32,000 nucleotides of DNA, from positions 180,001 through 212,000 of the forward strand of contig JBAZVE010000001.1 of assembly GCA_041661045.1 (NCBI GenBank), read 5' to 3'. Shown one piece after another: positions 1 through 7,161 of the stretch. The position numbers and the translations under genes were made by a program. The stretch is from Candidatus Saccharimonadota bacterium (GTDB lineage Bacteria > Patescibacteriota > Gracilibacteria > UBA1369 > 2-02-FULL-48-14). A model generated the notes under the pieces. That model saw only the letters and a program-made list of their open reading frames with translations, ran no database searches and was not told the DNA's origin. The stretch's first letter is position 1, and every line of letters begins with the position of its first letter.

Positions 1-67
1 GTACGGTCCTCCTCGACAACTGGTTGACATCATCACTGATCTTCGGCTCCAGTTGTCCCGGGCTTAA
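1..67 (+). CDS. rplA: possible 3' end of ribosomal protein L1 gene (partial, begins upstream of window)
   Basis: Frame 2 is open from the window edge to TAA at 65-67 (...YGPPRQLVDIITDLRLQLSRA*). The G-P-x-x-x-V-D stretch resembles the conserved L1 C-terminus, and rplA normally precedes rplJ. Too short to be sure. Confidence 0.3.
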   Translation, partial: YGPPRQLVDIITDLRLQLSRA

Positions 68-99
68 GATTTTGAGTTAACCCAAAAACTGCTTTACAA

Positions 100-345
100 A
101 AAGGCTTTTACCTTATAGAATCCTGCTGCGTTCGAAGACCGTAGGCAATTGGAACAGGAGCAGATTGGGCTCCGCCCAATAGAAGTCCTGCGCAGATCAG
201 CAGGTTTCTCCTTTGGGAGAGGCTCACTCTGAATCTTAAGGAGCCCACCGGGCTCGGCTCAACGCAAGTTGAGATATTTGGTTTAAAACCAAGTGGTCGA
301 CCTCAACCGTCCAATCAGGCCTTCGGGCCCAACTAATTCTTTGTC
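100..345 (+). promoter_or_regulatory. highly structured leader upstream of rplJ (candidate ribosomal protein L10 leader / autoregulatory RNA)
   Basis: The ~280-nt non-coding gap holds a dense series of perfect short hairpins. They are 164-180 (attgggc/gcccaat), 187-204 (cctgc/gcagg; alternatively 122-128 pairs with 198-204), 207-220 (tctcc/ggaga), 241-255 (gagccc/gggctc), 258-273 (ctcaac GCAA gttgag) and 318-329 (ggcc TTCG ggcc). L10 leaders occur at this position, directly 5' of rplJ. No covariance model could be run. Confidence 0.4.
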
Positions 346-348
346 ACT

Positions 349-873
349 ATGCCAATCACCAGACCTCAAAAAGAAGCTTATCTAGAAGAGCTTCGAGACA
401 AGTTCGGACGAGCAAAATCAGTGGCATTCGGCCAATACAGCGGAATGACCATGGCTCAACTCTCCAAAATGCGTACAGAAATGCGCGCTGCGGGTGTTGA
501 ATTTAAGGTTGCAAAACGAACCTTATTCAAAATTGCTGCTAAAGAACAAGGTTTCGAACTCCCAGATGAGCTTATGATGGGAACTGTAGGTGCCGCTTTC
601 TCTTATGAGGATGGCATCGCAGGTCCCCGCATCATCAAGAAAATGGGTAAAGAGGTGGAAGCCCTCAAACTCATGGGTGGAATTATGGAAGGACAAGTCC
701 TTTCGGTTGCCCAAATGAAGGAAATCGCCGATCTTCCAAGCAAGCAAGAACTTCTTGCAAAAGTGGTGGGTCTCATGCGAGCTCCTTTGCAAAACTTCTA
801 CGGAGCTATTCAGTCTCCACTTTCTTCTTTCGCACGAGCCCTTCAAGGCTACGCAGAGAAGAAGCCCGCTTAA
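349..873 (+). CDS. rplJ: 50S ribosomal protein L10
   Basis: 174-aa ORF with ATG start. The N-terminus MPITRPQKEAYLEELRDKFGRAKSVAFGQYSGMTMAQLSKMRTEMRAAGVEFKVAKRTL is typical of L10. It lies immediately upstream of L7/L12. Confidence 0.95.
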   Translation: MPITRPQKEAYLEELRDKFGRAKSVAFGQYSGMTMAQLSKMRTEMRAAGVEFKVAKRTLFKIAAKEQGFELPDELMMGTVGAAFSYEDGIAGPRIIKKMGKEVEALKLMGGIMEGQVLSVAQMKEIADLPSKQELLAKVVGLMRAPLQNFYGAIQSPLSSFARALQGYAEKKPA

Positions 874-893
874 CAATCTAACTTTTTTATATT

Positions 894-1295
894 ATGTCAG
901 ACGAAACCAAAGTAGAGCTTTCCAAAGAGGGAAAGACCCTCATCGAGGCTCTCGAAAAACTCAATGTTGTTGAGCTCAACAATGTTGTTAAATTCATGGA
1001 ACAAGAGTACGGAATTTCCGCTGCTCCTGTTGCCGTAGCCGCTGCCGGAGGAGCAGCTGCAGCTGGCGCTCCTGCCGCTGAAGAAAAATCTTCCTTCAAT
1101 GTTAAACTTGTGGATTCCGGTGCTCAAAAGATCGGAGTGATCAAGGTTGTTCGTGAACTCACCGGACTTGGTCTCAAAGAGGCTAAGGATGTTGTGGACG
1201 CAAACGGAATGGTTATGGAAAATGCTCCTACCGATAAAGCCAACGAAGCTAAAAAGGCTTTGGAAGCTGCCGGAGCTAAGGTTGAATTGCAATAA
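894..1295 (+). CDS. rplL: 50S ribosomal protein L7/L12
   Basis: 133 aa with an Ala/Gly-rich hinge ([20 protein letters not shown]). The C-terminal domain [24 protein letters not shown]...[16 protein letters not shown] is a textbook L7/L12 sequence. Confidence 0.95.
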   Translation: MSDETKVELSKEGKTLIEALEKLNVVELNNVVKFMEQEYGISAAPVAVAAAGGAAAAGAPAAEEKSSFNVKLVDSGAQKIGVIKVVRELTGLGLKEAKDVVDANGMVMENAPTDKANEAKKALEAAGAKVELQ

Positions 1296-1324
1296 TTTTG
1301 ATCTTTTAGGCGCTTAGCGCATCA

Positions 1325-1396
1325 AAAGGCCCTCCAAAGCAATGAGCACTTCGTGCGTCATGGCTAGCTCACCTTCGGTGAGTGGGGGGCTTTTTC
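1325..1396. terminator. structured element / probable bidirectional terminator between convergent rplL and the 1409-1927 gene
   Basis: An outer stem pairs aaaaggccctcc (1325-1336) with ggggggcttttt (1384-1395; 12 pairs including 2 G-U). It encloses two hairpins with TTCG-type loops: atga-gcac TTC gtgc-g-tcat (~1341-1360) and ctcacc TTC ggtgag (1368-1382). A T-run lies at 1391-1395. Confidence 0.45.
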
Positions 1397-1408
1397 TTTA
1401 TTAAAACT

Positions 1409-1927
1409 CTATCTATATCCATACCTGCTAGTCCCAATATATGCTTGGGTGGCCTCAAGACATTTGAATTGGTCTAGTGGGATGGCGCTTAGATTTTGAC
1501 AGTCTTCTTCCCCCGCGTTTTTAGGTTCCATGCACAGGCTTTGGATCGCTAGTGGAAGTACACAGTTGCTATACACTGCTTGTGCGTCTTCATCTACAAC
1601 GGTGGCGGGATTAGCCTCCTGTAATGAGAACCGGTCTGCTGTTCCATCTATTGCTTGGTCTTTAAAAACCCATGTCATGGCATTGCATTCAAAAAAACTG
1701 ACCAGCGCACCATCTTCTAATTTTAGAGCGATACTTTGGGATAGTCCTGGGATCGCTTGACTAGGAGGGGAAAATCTTCCTTCTGACTCCGTTCTCAATA
1801 ATGACACCACACGGTCTGCAATCATTTGACTTGTTGCATCTGAAGCTTTCGGTTTACCTGCATGCGCGCTTGAAGTCATTGTTGCAAGTGCCAGGAGAGA
1901 CACTAAGTTGGGAATGGAGCTTTCCAT
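1409..1927 (-). CDS. hypothetical secreted protein (signal peptide, 5 Cys)
   Basis: 172-aa ORF with ATG start. The N-terminus MESSIPNLVSLLALATMTSSAHA/GKP looks like a Sec signal with an AXA cleavage site. No recognisable family. Confidence 0.55.
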   Translation of the reverse strand: MESSIPNLVSLLALATMTSSAHAGKPKASDATSQMIADRVVSLLRTESEGRFSPPSQAIPGLSQSIALKLEDGALVSFFECNAMTWVFKDQAIDGTADRFSLQEANPATVVDEDAQAVYSNCVLPLAIQSLCMEPKNAGEEDCQNLSAIPLDQFKCLEATQAYIGTSRYGYR

Positions 1928-1979
1928 CTGAGAGTGTAAAAGAGTTGACTATACTCTCCTCGCATTCTTGTGTCCAAGT

Positions 1980-2336
1980 TTATCTTCCCAAGGCTAGGTC
2001 TCTTAGAAACGCGGAAGTATTGTGGTAGCCCTTTTGAGCTGCTTTTCTTTCAATGGCTTTTTTATCCTCCGTGCTGACCCGAAATCGAATCACTTGTTCT
2101 TGTTTTTTTTGATACTCTTTTTCGGCTAAAATCAGGTTTGGTAGATCGATCAGAAGAGCGGGGATATCTTCGTGGAGAAAAGTCTGGGATATGTCTGCCG
2201 CTTCGCATTCAAACAAAGTACTTTCTTCGTCAAATGGCTTTAGCGTATAAAAGTACTTTTTGTTATTTAAAGTCACAAAGTATTTTAAGGATTCGTGCTG
2301 TTTTGATTTTGTAGAATGGTTTGCAGTCATGGCCAT
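1980..2336 (-). CDS. ribbon-helix-helix antitoxin (HicB-position partner of HicA)
   Basis: The C-terminus VIRFRVSTEDKKAIERKAAQKGYHNTSAFLRDLALGR matches the CopG/RHH pattern (beta strand, then helix-helix). It sits directly downstream of hicA on the same strand. The ATG start at 2336 overlaps hicA by 74 nt; an alternative GTG lies at 2276. Confidence 0.6.
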   Translation of the reverse strand: MAMTANHSTKSKQHESLKYFVTLNNKKYFYTLKPFDEESTLFECEAADISQTFLHEDIPALLIDLPNLILAEKEYQKKQEQVIRFRVSTEDKKAIERKAAQKGYHNTSAFLRDLALGR

Positions 2337-2508
2337 GAATGGGGATGATTAAGCGATACGGAGGGTTTTGAAGAATGAACTTTGTGTGGCTTCCTTTGGC
2401 CTCTAATTTTTGGAAACCGAACTGATACAGTAAGGTTTCAATCTCATAATATTTGAGTGAATCTGGATTTCGAAAGAATTTTTTGAGCCGTTTTTCAATT
2501 TTTGTCAT
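2263..2508 (-). CDS. hicA: HicA-family mRNA interferase toxin
   Basis: 81 aa. KKFFRNPDSLKYYEIETLLYQFGFQKLEAKGSHTKF...IIPIHGHDCKPFYKIKTARILKIL fits the HicA/YcfA pattern (G-S-H...F...[IV]P.H). Gene order is toxin first, as in hicAB. Confidence 0.75.
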   Translation of the reverse strand: MTKIEKRLKKFFRNPDSLKYYEIETLLYQFGFQKLEAKGSHTKFILQNPPYRLIIPIHGHDCKPFYKIKTARILKILCDFK

Positions 2509-2513
2509 TTATT

Positions 2514-2551
2514 TGTAGCTACATTATAAATTAGTAGGGCTACACTTTCAA
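2514..2551 (-). promoter_or_regulatory. consensus sigma70-type promoter with palindromic operators for the hicA-antitoxin pair
   Basis: On the minus strand: TTGAAA (2551-2546), 17-nt spacer, TATAAT (2528-2523), with ATG at 2508. A perfect 10-bp palindrome TGTAGCTACA (2514-2523) abuts the -10. A related GTAGggCTAC (2534-2543) lies in the spacer. Confidence 0.5.
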
Positions 2552-2662
2552 GTTGATTTAAGTATGACCCAACCACTCTAAGTTGAGAAATGGCGCCCTT
2601 AAGCTTCTCGATTAAAATCGCGTTGTTGGAACGCTAACAACACCCTCTTTGTTTAAAAATAC

Positions 2663-2690
2663 TTGCCTTAAAACATCTCCGTAGTATAAT
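2663..2690 (+). promoter_or_regulatory. sigma70-type promoter for the leader and radical-SAM-like gene
   Basis: TTGCCT (2663-2668), 16-nt spacer, TATAAT (2685-2690). The same cTTGCCTt -35 context recurs at the pilin promoter (8381-8388). Confidence 0.5.
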
Positions 2691-2712
2691 TAAGGTTACT
2701 TTTCGCACAATT

Positions 2713-2772
2713 ATGTTTCAATTCACGGCTCAGCATCATCACTCTCATCAGGCGCGGCATAAACATGTCTAG
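2713..2772 (+). CDS. candidate 19-codon His-rich leader peptide (MFQFTAQHHHSHQARHKHV)
   Basis: ATG at 2713, TAG at 2770-2772. 6 of 19 codons are His, including a run of three. Its 3' end overlaps the 5' arm of the antiterminator hairpin. No clear SD, but SD motifs are absent from nearly all genes here. Confidence 0.3.
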   Translation: MFQFTAQHHHSHQARHKHV

Positions 2773-2819
2773 TTGAGTTTAGTTCAAACTTTATGCCGCT
2801 CCAAAAGAGCGGCTTTTTT
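2754..2819 (+). terminator. attenuator: antiterminator hairpin competing with a rho-independent terminator
   Basis: Hairpin 1: gcggcataaa (2754-2763) pairs perfectly with tttatgccgc (2790-2799). Hairpin 2: gccgctc (2795-2801), loop caaaa, gagcggc (2807-2813), followed by TTTTTT (2814-2819). The two share nt 2795-2799, so they are mutually exclusive. Confidence 0.6.
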
Positions 2820-2836
2820 AATTTAACCCAAAATTT

Positions 2837-4081
2837 ATGTCACCAAATAATACATCCGAGCTCCCACGATATGTTTTTGAGGGAAGTGGGGCTCCTGAAG
2901 CCCAATTGAGAGGTTCTAATGCAATCCTCGTCTCGGCAGAGAATTTATCCGCCATTTTAACTTGCTATGGTGCACGAACGGATGAAGAAACTTTGAATCG
3001 CATCACCGCTCGGCAGAACCCTTATGGGCAAAAACGAGGCGGCCTTGGATACGGTGGTTTTTTTAAAGTTAAACCTGTGGATGATTCGCCAGACGCCCTT
3101 CGAGCTACGGTTAGAAGTGGCATTGTGAATGTGAATCTTTACGCACGCAGACAGGCGGAGGAGTCTCCCGTTTCGCTTGAACTCCTAGACCCTGCTGCTC
3201 GATTTTTAAGATTCACTGTGGGTGGGCGGACCGTGGGCACCGGCTCAATTCCACCTGTTCCTGGTTGGCTAGGTAAAACCCTGAGTGACGGCACCCCCGT
3301 TGCTCAAATCGTGCAAGTTCACGGTCCCAACTTGGTGAGCATATGGGGCAGAAATCGTTGTACCCTTTTTGATGAGGGGACCGCTTGTTCATTTTGTATG
3401 TTCGATGGAGGTGGAAACAATGCCTCGCGCACAATGGATCAAGTGATTGAAGCGATTCAAGTGATGAGAAGTACCGAAACTCCCGGTGACACCAACCGAC
3501 ACAATAATTTAACGCTGACCACCGGCATGCTCTTGCCGGAAGATATGGATCCACTTGTAGCGGATATTGCCAGATTTAAAAGTACCTTCCCGGGGTTTAG
3601 GCTTGCACTTGAGACCACTCCCATGGCCGGCCCGGAACGGAGCTATCTTGCGGACTTGAAACAGGCCGGTCTCGATACGCTCATGATTCCGCTGGATTGT
3701 GCCTCCCCCAAAGCACAGGAAGAACACCTCCCTGGAAAAGCGGCTTTGCTTCAACGAGATTACTGGGACTGCGTGGACAGCGCGACCAAAGTATTCGCAG
3801 CAAATAATGTGACCAGTTCTTTGCTTGTAGGTTTGGAGCCTCTGGAAGTTACCGTTGAGGCCATGCGACAAATGGCAAATCGCGGAGTGGTGCCCGAACC
3901 CCTTCCGGTGCGTTGGAATGATTCCCGGTGGATGGCAGAGAGTCCCAGGCCCTTAACCAAGCCGCGAGATTTGATTCTTGTAAGACAAAAGTTGGAAGAA
4001 ATTCTAAAAACAATGGAAGCGGGTGGCCCACTGGCAGGTTGTGCCTCCTGTGGGGGCTGCACCGGGATCAGGAAGAAGTAG
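2837..4081 (+). CDS. radical-SAM-like Fe-S enzyme with non-canonical cluster motif and an N-terminal domain of unknown function
   Basis: 414 aa. CTLFDEGTACSFC (nt 3359-3397) gives CX8CX2C rather than CX3CX2C. Downstream elements look like a radical-SAM TIM barrel (LTLTTG, IPLD, SSLLVGLEPLE). The C-terminus has GCASCGGCTG (CX2CX2C, nt 4040-4060). Family assignment is by motif only. Confidence 0.6.
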   Translation: MSPNNTSELPRYVFEGSGAPEAQLRGSNAILVSAENLSAILTCYGARTDEETLNRITARQNPYGQKRGGLGYGGFFKVKPVDDSPDALRATVRSGIVNVNLYARRQAEESPVSLELLDPAARFLRFTVGGRTVGTGSIPPVPGWLGKTLSDGTPVAQIVQVHGPNLVSIWGRNRCTLFDEGTACSFCMFDGGGNNASRTMDQVIEAIQVMRSTETPGDTNRHNNLTLTTGMLLPEDMDPLVADIARFKSTFPGFRLALETTPMAGPERSYLADLKQAGLDTLMIPLDCASPKAQEEHLPGKAALLQRDYWDCVDSATKVFAANNVTSSLLVGLEPLEVTVEAMRQMANRGVVPEPLPVRWNDSRWMAESPRPLTKPRDLILVRQKLEEILKTMEAGGPLAGCASCGGCTGIRKK

Positions 4082-4090
4082 CAGCCCAAT

Positions 4091-4123
4091 ACGGAGGGGA
4101 GTCTGGGTATGGCTCTCCTCCGT
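4091..4123 (+). terminator. stem-loop after the radical-SAM-like gene (possible terminator)
   Basis: acggaggggag (4091-4101) pairs with ctctcctccgt (4113-4123): 11 bp with one G-U and an 11-nt loop. It is followed by T-rich sequence but no clean T-run. Confidence 0.35.
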
Positions 4124-4151
4124 TGTGTTTCTGACCGTTTTCTGCTATACT
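4123..4151 (+). promoter_or_regulatory. candidate promoter of the pilus operon
   Basis: TTGTGT (4123-4128), 17-nt spacer, TATACT (4146-4151), 26 nt upstream of the ATG at 4177. Confidence 0.35.
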
Positions 4152-4176
4152 TATAAGATTAAAACAAAAGAAACCA

Positions 4177-5334
4177 ATGGCAGAAGATCCAAAAGCCGCA
4201 TCAGGCAGCCAAGAACCCGTTGAATCCAAGAATGTTTTCACGGAACTCTTTGGGAAAGAAGGGGCTACGACCTCCCCTCTTGCGCAAAATGTTTTGGCGC
4301 AGAAGGAGAAGGGACGATCCTTTTTTGGCTCCAGCCCAAAACAAGAGAGCGAGTTATCCCTCAAAACTCTTCGGGAACATCCCCGCAAACCCGGTGCCGC
4401 GGTGCTTAAGGCTTCGGTATTGATTTTGATCTTTACCGTGGCAGGCTTCCTCACTCAAAACTCCACTCGATTCTCCTTTTTTGGGGTGAATCCCGCTCTG
4501 CGCGTACAGCAAGCGGAGGAGCAAGTACTGGAACTTTCGGCACGAGTGCTGGTGCAAAACCACCTGGAAGCCGCTTTGCTTTTGGACCAATATCTTTCGA
4601 AAACCGATGAGTATTTTTATGCGCTTTCTCAACTGCAATCGCAGTACACTTCCGAGAACAAAAAGGCGGAATATCAGCTGCAAGTGGAAGAGATGAAACC
4701 GGAGTTGATCGATCTTTTGAGTCAAGTGCAAGAAGACTTTTTAAAAGAAATGAGCCCGGAACTTTTGGCTGCTTCTCAACAAGAAGTGGATACTCAACTC
4801 ACCGCGCTCCATGAACAAGCGGGCACCGTGGATGAAACTATTTTGGTTCAAGAAATTCAAGATTTAGAAACCGCAAAAAACCTCATGACACAGAATGCCT
4901 TTAAGCTCTCTGTGCTCGCTCTGGACCTGGAGAAAATGACCGGAGAGGATTTTGAGGCGGTCTACACTCAGTTCAGCGAAGTGAATGCCAGCATCACCGC
5001 GTTGATTGGAAAAATTAAAAATGCACGATTTGAGTGGTCCTTTTACCTGGATCAACTGGAACGACTCACCAAAACCGTGGACCCCCTCTTTGGAACCGAG
5101 TTTGCGGGCAGCTTGAGTTTGGATGAACTGCGCTTCACCAGTATGGGAACGGTGACCCTCACCGGAACCACGGTGACAGATGACAGTAAAAATTTCACGC
5201 TCGTCTCCGACTTGATCGATGCTTATGAAAAATCTGAATATTTTAAAGATGTTTTTGACCGCTCTTACAACAAGAACAGTGAGAATGAGGCTTACCTTGG
5301 AAGTTTCCGTATTTCCTTAACTCTTGAACAGTAA
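4177..5334 (+). CDS. bitopic membrane protein, PilN-like pilus assembly component
   Basis: 385 aa. A disordered cytoplasmic N-terminus is followed by a single TM (AAVLKASVLILIFTVAGFL) and a long heptad-like region. The C-terminus VTLTGTTVTDDSKNFTLVSDLIDAYEKSEYFKDVF resembles the PilN periplasmic domain. It is first in the pil operon. The INLLP-type PilM-binding motif was not seen. Confidence 0.5.
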   Translation: MAEDPKAASGSQEPVESKNVFTELFGKEGATTSPLAQNVLAQKEKGRSFFGSSPKQESELSLKTLREHPRKPGAAVLKASVLILIFTVAGFLTQNSTRFSFFGVNPALRVQQAEEQVLELSARVLVQNHLEAALLLDQYLSKTDEYFYALSQLQSQYTSENKKAEYQLQVEEMKPELIDLLSQVQEDFLKEMSPELLAASQQEVDTQLTALHEQAGTVDETILVQEIQDLETAKNLMTQNAFKLSVLALDLEKMTGEDFEAVYTQFSEVNASITALIGKIKNARFEWSFYLDQLERLTKTVDPLFGTEFAGSLSLDELRFTSMGTVTLTGTTVTDDSKNFTLVSDLIDAYEKSEYFKDVFDRSYNKNSENEAYLGSFRISLTLEQ

Positions 5335-5335
5335 T

Positions 5336-5908
5336 ATGAACGATCGACGACAAATTTTCTTGGGACTTTTCATTCTTCTGGTCAGTGCTTTGTATGGCGT
5401 TTACCAGTGGAATCAACGGGAAGCCTTACAAATTTCCGCGAACACCCTCAACACGCAGGCGGTGAGTTTGAATATGGAATACGCGGAACTGCAGGAACAA
5501 TATTCTTATATCAAAGTGGAAAGCGGTGCTGCGCGCGAAGTTGCCGCACAAGAACTTTCCGTGGTCTTCCCCACCAGTGAGGATTTGACCATGCTCACCC
5601 GACTTTTGGATGACTTTGCGGTGCGCAATAATTTTGAGGGAAACCCCTTCTTCATCAGCAGCCTTTCTTATGAAACGGCAAAGGCTTCGGAAGATGGGCA
5701 ATATCGATCTGTGCCGGTACGACTCAGCATCACGAGTTCGAAGAAAAATCTTGGTGAATTCTTGGAGTTTATTGAAAACTCCGGATCGCTTGAAGCCGGT
5801 GTTCGGCTCATGAGCATTGAAGATTTAAAAATTCAATATCCTTTGGAATTTGGCGGGACTTACGACATTCAAGTTGACCTCAACGCTTACTTTTCTCAAG
5901 AAATTTAA
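5336..5908 (+). CDS. PilO-like pilus assembly protein
   Basis: 190 aa from ATG 5336; the track start at 5324 is a TTG inside the upstream gene. An N-terminal TM (IFLGLFILLVSALYGVY) and a coiled coil are followed by FPTSEDLTMLTRLLDDFAVRNNF...VPVRLSITSSKKNLGEFLEFIENS, which is typical of PilO. Confidence 0.6.
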   Translation: MNDRRQIFLGLFILLVSALYGVYQWNQREALQISANTLNTQAVSLNMEYAELQEQYSYIKVESGAAREVAAQELSVVFPTSEDLTMLTRLLDDFAVRNNFEGNPFFISSLSYETAKASEDGQYRSVPVRLSITSSKKNLGEFLEFIENSGSLEAGVRLMSIEDLKIQYPLEFGGTYDIQVDLNAYFSQEI

Positions 5909-7158
5909 TGGACTCCAAACTTCAAGCATTGCAGGAAGCCATTGTGGGGGGGAACATCCCCCAGCTTGTGATGAACGCGGTTTCTTACGCGATTGATTTG
6001 AGGTCTTCGGACATTCATATTGAGCCACTCAAAAATACCGTTCAGATTCGCTATCGCGTGGATGGATCCCTACGACGCATTGTGGAATATCCTCCAAATA
6101 TTCATCCGGCCGTGGTTTCCAGAATTAAAATCATGTCTAATTTGAAGATTGATGAGCAAAGAATCCCTCAAGACGGACGAGCGCAAGTGACCACCCAAGA
6201 GGGCCGCGAACTGGATCTTCGTGTGTCCAGTCTCCCCACTATTAACGGGGAGAAGATGGTGATGCGTATCCAAGATCAATCCAAAGAAATTCCTACTTTT
6301 GAAAAGCTGGGAATTGCCGGGAATGCATTGAAATATTTAAAAGAAGCCTTGGCGCTTCCCAATGGAGTTATTTTGACTTCCGGACCAACGGGAAGTGGTA
6401 AAACCACCACGCTTTATGCATCCATGAACCTGTTGAATGCTCCGGATGTGAATATTTTGACCATTGAAGATCCGGTGGAAATTCAAATGGATGGACTCAA
6501 CCAATCGCAAGTGCATCCCGACATTGATTACACTTTTGCATTTGGACTCCGCACCGCTTTGCGCCAAGACCCCGACATCATCATGGTGGGGGAAATTCGT
6601 GATAAAGAAACCGTGGACACGGCCATTGAAGCGGCGTTGACCGGGCATCTTGTCTTGTCCACCATCCACACCAACTCCGCGGTGGAAACGCTGACACGCA
6701 TTGTGAATATGGGTGTGCCGAGCTTTTTGATGACAGCCACGATCAATGCCATTATTGCGCAACGACTGGTCCGAAAATTGTGCGATAAATGCAAGAAACC
6801 CATCACGGTGGATGAGAGTTCGTTGACCATGGTGAAAACCGCGCTTTCAAAGTTGCATCCCGATGAACCTCACGACCCTGCCAAGTTGCAAGCTTTGCAA
6901 TTCTTTGGGCCCGGTGGTGTGGATTGTGAACAGTGCAATGGAATTGGATACTATGGCCGAATTGGACTTTTTGAAGTTTTGAAGATGAACAATGAACTGC
7001 GAGATTTGATCTTGAAACAAGCCGGCTCGCCACAAATTCAGGAAGCAGGAATGCGCACCGGAATGGTGACACTGGAACAAGCCGGAATCCTTAAGGCTTT
7101 GGATGGCATTACCTCTTTGGAAGAAGTTTATTCCGTTGCAAGACCCGAATCCGCTTAA
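5908..7158 (+). CDS. pilB: type IV pilus assembly ATPase (GspE/PilB family), short form lacking the N-terminal N1 domain
   Basis: Walker A GPTGSGKTTT, Asp box ILTIEDPVE, Walker B DPDIIMVGEIRD, His box LSTIHTN, and the tetracysteine motif CDKC...CEQC characteristic of assembly ATPases. The start overlaps the upstream stop (TAATG). Confidence 0.93.
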   Translation: MDSKLQALQEAIVGGNIPQLVMNAVSYAIDLRSSDIHIEPLKNTVQIRYRVDGSLRRIVEYPPNIHPAVVSRIKIMSNLKIDEQRIPQDGRAQVTTQEGRELDLRVSSLPTINGEKMVMRIQDQSKEIPTFEKLGIAGNALKYLKEALALPNGVILTSGPTGSGKTTTLYASMNLLNAPDVNILTIEDPVEIQMDGLNQSQVHPDIDYTFAFGLRTALRQDPDIIMVGEIRDKETVDTAIEAALTGHLVLSTIHTNSAVETLTRIVNMGVPSFLMTATINAIIAQRLVRKLCDKCKKPITVDESSLTMVKTALSKLHPDEPHDPAKLQALQFFGPGGVDCEQCNGIGYYGRIGLFEVLKMNNELRDLILKQAGSPQIQEAGMRTGMVTLEQAGILKALDGITSLEEVYSVARPESA

Positions 7159-7161
7159 ACC

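Noticed and set aside
523-1292. Antisense ORFs opposite rplJ and rplL (523-876 minus, 887-1099 minus, 897-1292 minus) and the 755-973 plus-strand frame ORF
   Set aside because: They overlap highly conserved ribosomal protein genes and have no features of their own.
3213-4454. Overlapping ORFs around the radical-SAM-like gene end (3213-3554 minus, 3509-3871 minus, 3760-4089 minus, 3928-4134 plus, 4023-4223 plus, 4068-4454 minus)
   Set aside because: All are embedded in or antisense to longer ORFs with recognisable features. Their translations are Arg/Gly/Pro-rich with no motifs or plausible starts.
5324-5335. TTG start for the PilO-like gene
   Set aside because: The track translates TTG as M. 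This start lies within the end of the upstream gene, whereas an ATG at 5336 lies 1 nt after the upstream stop.
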